NCBI RefSeq assembly: GCF_020745735.1
Contig: NC_083405.1
Coordinates: 28,114,345 to 28,178,344 of the forward strand
Origin: Hemiscyllium ocellatum
Taxonomy: Eukaryota
Length of the DNA: 64,000 nucleotides
Direction: 5' to 3'
The notes beneath the pieces are model-generated. The model worked only from the letters and a program-made list of their open reading frames with translations, was not told the DNA's origin and ran no database searches. Below, one piece after another: positions 12,899-24,500 of this stretch. The first letter of the stretch is position 1. Every line of letters begins with the position of its first letter. Made by a program: the position numbers and the translations under genes.

Positions 12899-15800
12899 TC
12901 TGAACGTCCTGCTGAAATAATTCATTGTCACAGTTCTACGGTGTGGCAACACAAATATCTACAACGAGCCTGGAAAGACATCTCGAACGGCAAGGCCCTT
13001 AAAATTGAATTGTTTGATTCTGTTAGCCGCATTTTGAATTTTGAGCGTATTGCGGTACTTGGAACTATGCAAAGAGCTAAGTAAAAACCGGCTTTATGGC
13101 TTGTCCTGCTGCTAGTAACCACAGCAACAGAGACAGTCCCTTGTCATTTGCCTTGAATGCCACAGCCCCTTAATCCGGTACAACGCTAGCCTCAACTCCC
13201 TCTTCCGTAGAGTTAAAAGATACAGTCAAAGCTTTAATCACAACGAGAATCATTCATTATTAAAACACCTCACACCCAACATTAAACTTTCACGATAGCA
13301 GATCATAACTCGCTAGGATCCCTGTTCGTCCTTTTGGTCAATCGCTTATCATTTGTATCGGATTCCGGCTACATCCGGCGGGAGTGTAACCAGTGGATGG
13401 AAGCTTCAGAGATGATTATCCCTTCACCTCCCCCCCCCCCCCCCCCCCACCCCCCCACCAAGGTTAGAGGTGACGTCCATAGCGCATCAGAAGTTCAAAG
13501 CCAGGAAACAAGCAGGAAAAGGGAATACAAACTGGTATTAAAATGTTGTAGTACAAATGGAAGGTATTGCGGTCATTGCGAAAATAGGTCGGTGCAAATC
13601 CAATCAAACACAGTGGAATGTTCACCCATTGGAGAGATTAGATTAGCGATGTTCTCTAAATTACACGGTCAATTTTTATACCTGCAAAATAAACCACGTT
13701 AAATTCTGGCAGTGCAACCGCTTTTGACAATGTATGTGCCATGACGTTCAATTTGGCCGTGTCGAAGCCGAGCTGAGATTTCATTGTTCTAAATTTGATT
13801 TGAATTTCTAAGTTTTCCAAAAAATAAGCCAAAGAGAAGCATACCAGTGGATTTAGGATGAAGTGGAATGTTACCAGCTTTAATGATTGTTGGTTACGTA
13901 CATGAAACACACAATAATACAGCTCTTCGCAGGTCTTTTACTTTTTGTCGTGAATACCGGCAAAGTTGAAGAAGCCTACATGGATCGTCCTCAAGAAAAA
14001 AAATGTTTATTTTTCCAACTCGAATCTCACTGTGCGCTCTCTGGACGCGTACATGCAAATCTTACACCCTTTTATTCAAACCGATAAATATAAATTATAT
14101 ACAAATGTTAAGCAAATGTTGGCATCACATTTAATTAAACAGAATTTGATTAAAATTATCCCCATAAAGGAAGTTGCAGTTTGTTTTTAAAATCCAAGCG
14201 CTTAATGCAAAACAAAAACACCCCAGTGTGTGGTGCATCGTCCAACCATTTTAATATGTTTCGGTGTCTTGCAAATTAAACCAACTTTACCGAAAAAAAG
14301 GGGGATAACGGCAGATATTCGGCCGCTGCCATTTATCTTTTCATGTGAAGGTACAAGGAAACCACCTACTTTTAATGAGGGTCCTGATGGAGACCACACA
14401 AACATTTAGATTCGATTGATATAATAAAAAAGAACTATTTTAAAAGGCTGGCGTATGTTACCAGGTAACGAATAGGCGATCTTTGTATAGTGCGGCCTGT
14501 AGGTATCTCGGCCTATTAAAAAATTACTCGGTGAATTACAGGAAATGTTACCATTGTGCAATAAAACACGTATGTGTTCAATGAAAATAATTTTTTTGTC
14601 TTTGGTTCACACGGACAAAGATGGCTTCAATATTGTAAGCATTGCAGACTTGTCATCTTTTGAAGGAATCCGTGAAAATAATAGATGCATGAGCAGCAGT
14701 TTTTAAACTCTATTCCTATTTAAACCTGTCAATACACATTCATATTGTACCAAAAGAGCAAAATATTTACAATAATTTGTGCTCAAGTATGTCATCATGG
14801 GTAGTATCCCTTCTCTTTGAAAAGTTAAACGTAAAAACTGCATTTGCAAATAACGACGCACAATATGTCAAGTACAAATAACCACTCACGGATTGCTTCA
14901 GCAAGCATAAGATAGCCCGTTTTCTGTAACCCCAAGCTATGTTTTAAACGGTAAAGTGTTTATATAGAGAGTACCACGCCAAAAAAGGTACAAACTTTAC
15001 ATTCTAAACAGAATTTAATTACACTTGCTTATTTTGGAGGTGAACATGAATTTGACACAAAAATGCCTGTGATTCCCAACAGCAGCCATCTTTTGAGAAT
15101 GAATTCCAGGTTGCATATTTACATGCATGCTCTCCTTTTGGGGTAACGAGGGGTGGGGGCGGGAACTACTCCTCATTATTTGTAGAAAAAACACACGGGT
15201 TTATTGTAGAGATCTAGGTTTTAATCTGTCTTTTATACAGACAAGTTTCAGTCTCCTAAGCAGTGATGAGCAGGCATTGTTTAGAGAACAGTCGCGCTAA
15301 CCACCACCAGCCCCCCAACCCAACACTCCCCCCACCCTTACGGAAAAGGTCAGTTACAAAAAGAACGAGGTTGGTTGCTACTCCTTGTAACTGAAGATAA
15401 AAAATATATATCCAATAGTTGTGATTGATAGTGAGCGCCACTGAAAGCTTCCTAATCTAAAGCATGCGCACATTTTATTACTTTGTTTTTATATTGCAGC
15501 TGGTCCACAACAGTCAACTGGTTCTCCTAGGGCTCCAATGCACAGGTCTGAATTCAAAACGATGCTGCATTCTCCTTCGACTTAAGACAATTCTGTTTCG
15601 CTGAACTAAATCCAAGCATTCACATTGGCATCTCAACAATTATCTCTCGAGACACCCTTTGTACAAAGCATGTCGATCACACAAGTGAGAATATAATAAT
15701 GTGTTATGTGAAACAAACGATGATCATTAATTCCAGTTACTGTTTAAAGTTGAAACTTAGACGTCCCAGTTAGTTTTGCAAAGTTGTCCGGCCTGTCAAA

Positions 15801-15931
15801 ACTGTACTAAAGTGTCTGCTCTCAAACTCGAACTTGAGTTTTTGTTTTACCTCTGCTTTCGCCCTGGCCGCTTTCTTCGTAGAAGGAGACCATAGGAAGG
15901 AGAAATTCCTCTTTGTAACCGCAGTCTAATC

Positions 15932-16164
15932 TCAGAGCAATGGATTCGTGGTGTAATACTGAAGGCGGTCCCTGTTTAACTTCTTCTCCTTCATCCTCCT
16001 GTTCTGAAACCAAATTTTAACTTGCCGGTCGGTTAAGTTGAGCATCCGGGAAAGTTGCAGCCGCTTCTCTTTGTTGATGTAGACACTGAAAAAAAATTCT
16101 CTCTCCAGCTCCCGGATCTGGTACTTGGTGTAGGGGCACCGCTTTTTGCGTGTACGCTGGCCAC
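15932..16164 (-). CDS. HOXA11: HoxA11 exon 2 (homeodomain)
   Basis: [76 protein letters not shown]; acceptor TTACAG|GT at 16165/16164. Joined CDS from ATG 18000 is 843 nt = 280 aa. Confidence 0.97.
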
Positions 16165-17189
16165 CTGTAACAGGTAAACAGTGAGTTAAACTTTGGTCAT
16201 TGTAACTAAGAGGAACACTCAGCTTTCCGGCCGTCAATATAAGCTTTACTCTGAACACTTTCTAAAGGAAAGTGGAGATAACTCTGCAAGACTCCCAATT
16301 TTCACATAGCAGCTTTTTTTTGTCTCTCTCAGCAGTACTCGAAGTAAATAATTGTCTACACAAAGCAACAGCACGCTATTCCTCTCATATTTTGCCAAGT
16401 CCTAGTGATAAAAAATGGCTGCCTCGATTTGCATGGATTCAAATGGATTTGGACTTTGCTAGTTGTAACTAGTTTATAGCCTCATTCCAATCTTATACTT
16501 GAAAGTTAAAAACGAGCCTCCTGGCATCAGACGTTAGCTACAATTTTAAAAAGTGATTTTTATTATAAAGATGACTCAGCTGTACGATGCGTGCATTGAA
16601 GACAGAAAAAGGGGGCATTGAAAGACGCAAAAAGTTTTAATTTATCTGAACAGCGTCAACTAAAAGGGGCTGGGGAATGGGATTCTTGAGGTGCCTTTTC
16701 AATAGGTACTGCGAAGCAGGAATTAGTTTCCTGAGGGGAGGGAACTTAATTCTACAGTCATTCCGCATCGTAAGACTCAACATGGAGCAGTCTTCAGAAG
16801 TAACATTGCAGTCTTAAGACTCTGCCGGTGAAACGTACAATTATAAAATGTGATTATTAAATAAAATACGGTCACCCGGCTCTGAAATAAGTTTATATGA
16901 TGGAAAGCTCCATGTTAGAGGTATTGCAGTATTTATATAGCTGTTAAAAATGTCATTTTGCCACATTATGTTTTAAAGCGGTTACTTATGGAACCGAATA
17001 CAACCTATAAATAGAGCTTTTGTGTCAACACATGTGTTTTATAGAATCACTGGAGTTGCATTAATACACACAAAGGTCACACGCATCCAAAAGCAAATTT
17101 TAATAAGTTTACACCTAATAATTTAACTGATCAGAATTTTTTAAACCCCAAACTCACTTTTTGAGGTGCTGGTGGAAGTATTTTAATGC

Positions 17190-17335
17190 AGCGATTGGCT
17201 GGAGTTATTTCACGGCCAATTTCAGAGCTGGACACGTGATCCTGTCATTTATATAAAAAAAAGTTTTGTTGGGAAATCTACAGGCCATCCATAAACCCCC
17301 TTATATGCTTATAAAACAGCACATAAAAATTTTAA
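17190..17335 (+). promoter_or_regulatory. HoxA11 intronic regulatory module: CCAAT x2, E-box, TATA, cluster of posterior-Hox/Cdx sites
   Basis: ATTGG 17194-98, CCAAT 17216-20, CACGTG 17233-38, TATATAAAA 17250-58, CCATAAA 17289-95, TTATAAAA 17309-16, CATAAAA 17322-28. Confidence 0.55.
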
Positions 17336-17390
17336 CAGCAGAGCGCGAGATCGCAAAACTTTCTCTCACAAGTGGGCACTGACTACCTAC

Positions 17391-18000
17391 TGGAGTTGCT
17401 GCCTTTTTCCTCATTGTTGCCGGAAGAAGACTCCGGGCTGCTACTCCCCGGGCTCGTCTCCTTCTCCACAGACACCCTCGAAGTCTCCGAACTTGAAGTT
17501 GCCGCAGACGGCGCTTTATCTGGGCTCTTCTCCCCGCAATACTCCGACTGCTGATTCTCACTGGAACCGTAGGCAGTCTCGAAAAACTGGTCAAATCCTT
17601 GCGGCAGGACCCCGTTCCTCCCCACCGGGTTGTAGAAGCTGGAGGACGCGTTGGAGCTGGGGTGGTAAACGCTGGCGCTATTTTTCATTAACATCTCGCC
17701 CATGGTACTGGCAGGCAGACATTCTCTGTGCATCAGCTCCTCTGCGGAGTAGCAGTGTGGGAGATTCCCCCTGTGATGCCACTTATTGGAAGGATCGATG
17801 GCATAGTCTCTGAAGGTAACTTCTCGCACAGGTTGAACCTGGGGGATATTGGACGAGTAGGAGTATGTCATGGGGCGAGAAGCCGGCGTTTGGGGTAGAA
17901 AAGAAGGCAGACTGGAGAAATCCGGACCCGAGACATAATAGGTGCAGCTAGGCAAATAAAGATTAGAGCCACAAGAAACCCGCTCATCAAAATCCATCAT
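17391..18000 (-). CDS. HOXA11: HoxA11 exon 1
   Basis: [39 protein letters not shown]..., [12 protein letters not shown] and [18 protein letters not shown] Hox11 motifs; donor TCCA|GTAGGT at 17391/17390. The ORF-track start at 18045 is an upstream extension, not the conserved start. Confidence 0.96.
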
Positions 18001-18055
18001 CGCTTGCTTGGGGTCCCCTAGCGCAAGAATAGCTTGCATTCGCACAGCTAAACAT
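17987..18055 (-). promoter_or_regulatory. Overlapping out-of-frame uORF in HoxA11 leader ([22 protein letters not shown])
   Basis: ACCATG at 18055-18053, 55 nt upstream of the main ATG; reads through the start and stops at TGA 17989-17987. Confidence 0.55.
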
Positions 18056-21000
18056 GGTCCTTAGATGCTGCTGCCTCTTTGAAGCTGATCCGCGGAGTAA
18101 AAATTTGGAAACGTAAGCTGACGTGGAAATGTATCTCCATACATCGCAGGGACAGGGCAGTCATGTGACCAGATGCCTGGAGAAATTGACATGCATCACT
18201 TTGGATTCCCCCCTCGCACCAGGAGTGCAAAGCTCTTTACATCTCAGCTCTGCACATTTCGAAAGAGGGAAAGGGAAGCTCGAATAATACTGTGAAGGTG
18301 TTCAACCTTCACACCAGAGACGCATTTGGCACACTCACTTCATGGCGCTCCAACCAGCTGAGTTGCAGCCAGTGTAGACGCGAAATCACACTTAACACTT
18401 TCCGCAATGGAAATGTATCAGAAACTCGATTTTCTCGGACAAAATGCTTTTCGACCGATCTCTCCCATGTTGATTCTGCGGCATATTCGGCATTTTCATT
18501 AACAAATAATCTCCTCTGCTCACTCGTTCATTTTGGCCATTTTTTAAAAAATGAAAGACCGCTGTGTTTTCTGCTCGTGTCGCCTGCACAGAATTTGTGA
18601 AATTACAAACGAATAAAGACAATGGTTCTACAAGAAATCTTACCGATATCCATTAGGACGAGGTTGCAATCTTTAAATGGCTATATCCTGTTTTAAGTAA
18701 AATAGTCTCCCACCTTTTCTGAAAATCTCCAGTAGACCACACAGATGCATAGAGAAGAAAAGTTAGACCGTTCGACACGGATTTAGTTTGTGTTCCTTTT
18801 TTACTTTATCTACCAAAGTTAGATTACTCCTGCCGCCAAAAATAAACCCAATCCAGACAAATCTGACAAACATGTGAGGCGGACAGACTTTTTTTTCTCT
18901 TAAGATAGTTGTACTGCTTCTGGCTCGTTATAAGCGGGCATGGTCACGTTCAACTCCATCACACACAAAACCCTGGCCCTGTCAGCAAATTATATCAAAC
19001 CAGTCATCCACTTCGGTGGAAGATTAGGAATATTGGAGTGAAAAATCCCATGTGCACCTTAATTTTACATTCAGACCAATTTTTTTTTGCGTGTGTTGTT
19101 CAAAAACGCATTCTGTCGTTAAAACTAAGTTGGGAATACCGCAGCCAGAAGTGGGCAAAAGCTGATAAGAGGGGGTGCTGTTTTATTTGACATTGGTCGT
19201 GGGTATATTTTTCGATATTTCTGTGAAATGTCACCAAGGACGACTGTATAAGCATCAGACTCGGATTTAGTGCAGCTTGAGGTGTTTTTAATAGTTTTAC
19301 TTTCGTGAGAGTTACATTCATTGAAGAACGCCCAATAAAAAGCATTTTACTTCGGTGCACTATCTCCATGCAACAATATTTATGATTTAAATACACCCTA
19401 AGAGTTAGAACGCCATGCGGTGAATCCTGATGTGTTGAAAAGAATAGGACTGTACAAAAGAGTTGAAGTTAAACTTTGCCTTAGAATTTGTCACAAATTG
19501 GCTTTTTTTCTGTTCCAAAAACAACTGCGTTATGCCAAAACAAACAGGTTTCCTGGGGAAAAGGACCTTTGCCATAAACATATGCCAGAAAGACCTTCTA
19601 TTTAAATTAAACTCCATGCAGTAAAAAGAAAGCCGTACTTGGAACAGCGTTAATAACAAGTTGACTGTTGAATCTTGCTTTTCTAACAGTTTCGTTCTCA
19701 TAAATACAGACCAATGCAAAATCTTCAAAATACATGCTTCAAGTACCTAGCCTACTGTAGCTCAAAAAAATAATTGCGATTTAAAAAAAGGGTGGCGCAT
19801 GTTCCAAAAATCTTAGCTATTGAAAATACTGAGAATATGAATCTGATAATGTCCAAGGTCCACGTTTTATCATAAGGATCTGAAAATATCAATGCAACAC
19901 TGTCTATGCAGCACTGGCATTGTATATTACACATAGATCAAGAATTTACCTTACATCACCTCTAAATTGTTACTTACGGTCTCGGTAGAAAATAAATTCA
20001 TTTGTATTAAACAGAATGGCAAAGGAGACCCATAACATGCAAGAGACTGCAAATCTGATGTTTTTTTTAAAAAAATAAGAAGGAATTGAAATAGTGCCTT
20101 TGAAACCTAACTGGTTTGATTGGTACGTAGGTTTTTGTTCACCAGTCTTGGCATTCGGGACTACTTAAGTGGGAAGTAGATTTTTTTTGAAGGTTTAGGT
20201 TTTTTTATACAGAGAGGAAAGCCGAAGACGGTAGCATACTCTGTCGCTGTACCGATGGTCAAATTCCAACACATATATGATAATATAATTAAATACAGAA
20301 CGTCTATGACAACCGAAAGCGGGCCGTTTAGTTTGACCTGCGGTTTTAATAGCAGTTTTGACAACCGGCTCCTCTGGATCCCCCGGAATAGGCATTATAG
20401 CTGACCAGGGGTGAGCTGAAGACGCCACCTACATGGGATCTCTGACGTTCCCAGCTAACATGAGCAATCAGGCGTCCCGAAAAAAAAAACAGAAGCAAGA
20501 AGCCTTGCTTTGTCTGATCAAAAGTCAGGCTGAGTGTTAGAAAGAGTAAGTTTCCTTTTAACTCTACATTGAGCGTCATCCCTACATGTTGGTCAAAATC
20601 TAGTTTCTTAACCTTTTTACTTATCTTGAGGAGGGGGCAGATTCCCTCTAATTATATTGTATCTTTGAACGCAGTTTGCCGATGCTGTTTCGAAGAGAAC
20701 CGGGGCGTCGTAGCTATTTCATAATCTCCCGAACGAAAGGGGAAGCTGGCGATTACATTTCCGATTAAGTAAAAGGCGATAAATGAGTGGAGACCTATTC
20801 ACTATCTCTTTCGCTTCGCCATTTTCTGTCCATCAGCTTTTCCCAATTCTCATCTATTGGGGGGGAATCGCTCTTTTACAGTCACTTTCAATTACAGATT
20901 CCCCAGTCTAATTGATTCGTACCGTCAGTTTAAGCCTGTAGCCCATACTCATTTTCCAAGACTGTGATCGTGTAAAGCTAAAGGAACGGTTCCAAAAATT

Positions 21001-21502
21001 AAATAGACGTACCTTGCTGGAATAAGATCAGTAAACACTGCAGAGATTCGACTGCTATTCGATGGTGAATCAAATATAATGTAAATACTGAAGTTTAAGG
21101 GGATCAGTGAATTATTGCGGCGCAGTCTATTTTCCTGCAGGAGTCCAAGCCAACGGGAGGGCTGAGACCCGGATGAAGCTGAATTTCTTTACACTGATGT
21201 GCACTTCGAAGCTTTGTCGCGGTTCTTATCAGCAACGGAATCGGATTTGAAACCCTATTGTTAAAGTTGGAAAACAATTTTTAAAAAGCTAGGGCCAAAA
21301 ATGAGACTGTGGTCAGACGAAGTCCTCACTCGAGTTATTTCAGAGCTTTGCACTTTAAAGATGCAGCGCCTGCTTAACATTGAACTTCAACTTTGAAAAA
21401 CATTCCGCATCCGTGTAAGAAATGTACTTTTTTTAAAAAAAAGTTCTATCGCGCGAAATGAAAGCTAAATCATAATGTCAATGGCTTAAATTAAATCTTC
21501 GG

Positions 21503-21523
21503 GAGAGAGAGAGAGAGAGAGAG
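21503..21523. repeat. (GA)n microsatellite
   Basis: gagagaga run. Confidence 0.8.
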
Positions 21524-24500
21524 GGACAGAGAAAAAGGTAAATATTTGGAGGAGCCCTGGCGACATTTGCGAAGTCGGTCGTGTCAGTAATTGCAATGAA
21601 CCCGCGAGTTAGGTATAATTTGTCGCGCATGGATTCATTCATTTTTAAATATCAAGAACTACCGGATAAAAGTTTGATAACTATATTTGTGGCCAGTAGA
21701 TTTTTATTGTTGCCCTAAAGCTAGTTAATACGGCATGGAAACGGCCGGCTATTGTCCTTTTCCAAATTTTGCAGGAATTTCTCTTCCCATTAGTTTTCCG
21801 TTCTCCCCACGAGTTACATCGCTTGTCATCTTGCAAACGAAGTCACATACGGCTTAATTGCCTGCAACCGCAACAGCACTTTACTATGCCAAAAGGCAAG
21901 TCAGTTTGCTAACTTGGAATGTTTTCATTCATTTCTGCCCTATCATTTTCCCCGGCAGATGGGATAAATGTTGCAAATGAGAAGGACAACATCAAGTAAA
22001 GCTGAAAGTGGATCTAGCCTCATCCCAGCCTCTACAAGTCCTCTGAAAAATGCAACTGAAGCTAGTGCTCAGACAGCAACTGCTGCCTTTTGACGAACTC
22101 TCCCACTTTATTGTAAGACACAGTTATTCATTCATTAAAAAGTAGCTGGTTTTGAAATCTGCACGGTGAACTGCGAGCATCGAGAAATTCAGACATTTCG
22201 GAGAAAGCATCGTTTCGCATTCTAAATCAATAGTTGTGCTAATAAACCCTTTTCTTGGCGCTGGATGACGTCGGGTTGGGATGTTATTGTGGTGGTTCTC
22301 CAATGAGTTTGTATTTTTCTAATTGCCAAAAGAAAAAGGGTCGTGACTCTCAAAGTCTAAGCTGCAACTTATTGGCTTCAGCGGAGTTAGTGTCTTTTTA
22401 ACGAAAATCTGTGTTTTTGTTTTGTGGTGGTTTTTGCCGCCTCTTCAGTGGCAATGACAACAGATAGTGTCGGCCATTTTTTACGCCTAATGCCTCGGAA
22501 ATTCCGCACAAAGTTCATTGAAGCGAAAATACTTCGAAAAACTAGCATTTTATTGAGAGAAAAATACTGACTGTGTATTAACAAACAACATTTATTCGAC
22601 ATTCAAAGACCATTCCAAGTTTCGATAGGCACAGCCTCCAGGTGGATCATACTTAAAGATAAAAAACTAAGCCACAGTTGTGCGAGATTGTTCCTTTGTT
22701 AATTTTACTGAGCCCCAGTAGATTTATTAAAATGCTCCTGTAACAAGAGATTGTATATAAAACATTGCGAGCTACAACTCAGCAAAATTAATATATTAAA
22801 CGTATTCCCTAATATTATTTTTGCGCCCAGTCAAAAACCGGAAAGTACGATAACAGCCTCACAGGAGAAGGAGCATTTAGTAAGGAATGGCAATAAAACT
22901 TGAAAGTAATACACTTTGTATATTATAAGTGAGCACTTTACGCATTTGAAAAAGCTGTAATGATATTCATTTTAATCTAAAACGATACACTGTACAACGA
23001 GTGCTTGATTGTATCTGTAGTACAGCGCTCGGAATGCATCTAAATATTTGCGGTAAATATTTATGATTTAAATCCGGTTTCATTGTTAGCTCCTATAAAA
23101 TTTCCTAATAGAACTATTGAAACTCTTTCACATGTTTTGCTACAAAGCTTTAGATGTTATTTCAACAAATTCCCCTGTCGAAAACATCCCAGTATTAAAC
23201 TGGCCAAACTTTGACCGACGCCTTGTTCATTCGAAATGCACTACCCGGCAAAATAAAGGCAAATTATTTCATCCCGAAGTTTCCCCTTTGGAATAATTGG
23301 AGGAATAGAACATTATGTATTCCATACGGTTGCGATTTACTTTCTACTTCACAAGGTCGAAGTTTCACTTCTCAGTATTTCTGAGCCTATCGCCATTTCA
23401 TTTTGAACCATACACCCATCATTCGTTTTAGACGAAATGCTAATTCGAAGAGAACCAGGGGTTGATGTGACGCTTCTTAACTTGGCATGCACGTTGTGAA
23501 ATTTAAAAATAAAGGTATAGTTATAATCGATGCTTCAACAGCAACCCAGCTATGGGTTTCGGTAGCGAGGTTAAAAAAGAATGCAGATATAGAGGTTGAA
23601 TAAATCCAGTAATAGGTTAATAATAATTTTCAACGTTGTTTCCTTCATAAAAAATAACAAATTAAGATTAGACCTCATCAGACGCCACTGCTCTGAAGCA
23701 ACGTGGGAGCCAGGTCAAATAACCATCAACATTGAAATAGAGAGAAAGGAAGCACAGTTTTACTTGAATTGTCTGGTTTTGAACTTGAAGGATCTTTACT
23801 TTGAACTTGGCTAGAGGTGCACAGCTCGGAATTCCGAATTATCTCCGTTAAAAGGCTCTGTACTCACCTCAAATGCAGGCAAAACTGGAACACGAATAGG
23901 TGAACCATTCCCCTGCACTTTATCAATAGATTCCTCCCGCCTTATAATCCACAATCTTTCAAAATTGGCCGGTACCGCACCATACACAGGTGCGATGGAA
24001 TCGCAAAGCCGTTTCTCCATCCAGTGCCCAGTCGGCGTACCTTTCCCAACGCAGAAGCGAGAGGCTTCTAATTGAGCCTAATCTTTGTCAAGTTCACATA
24101 TTCCAAGCCCATCGTGTGATGCTGTTGTCTCCCAGATGATCATTCAGGACCCACACACGTAGCCTGTGTGCCCACTAAACTTACAATGTGACAAAATGAC
24201 TGAATCCCTTTCAGCTGAAAGAACATATGGGATAACAATGAAATGCCGAACTTATACTAAATGTCAACAACAAACTGACCGCGCCTGTGTGTACCAGAGG
24301 AAAAGGAGTGAACTGCGTTTTAATGAAAGCCGCAATTAATGAATTGCATGCAGCCTCTTTGTTATACTTTATTAATGAGTTATGTAAATTACTTCAAATA
24401 ACAGTGGCTAAGATTTTCTTGCGTGTAGGACTTAGTAAATATTTTGAGTGCGATGGACAATGCTCACGTCACAATATACTGCTTCATTTTGAAAACGTGT

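Noticed and set aside
13334-13702. 122-aa proline-rich ORF
   Set aside because: The polyproline comes from a poly-C run (~13429-13457); non-ATG start, no domain.
23811-24020. 69-aa minus-strand ORF containing a strong donor GAG|GTGAGT (23868/23867), possibly an unknown exon
   Set aside because: No recognisable protein similarity and no clear acceptor or partner exon; it could be a non-coding exon but this cannot be supported without RNA data.
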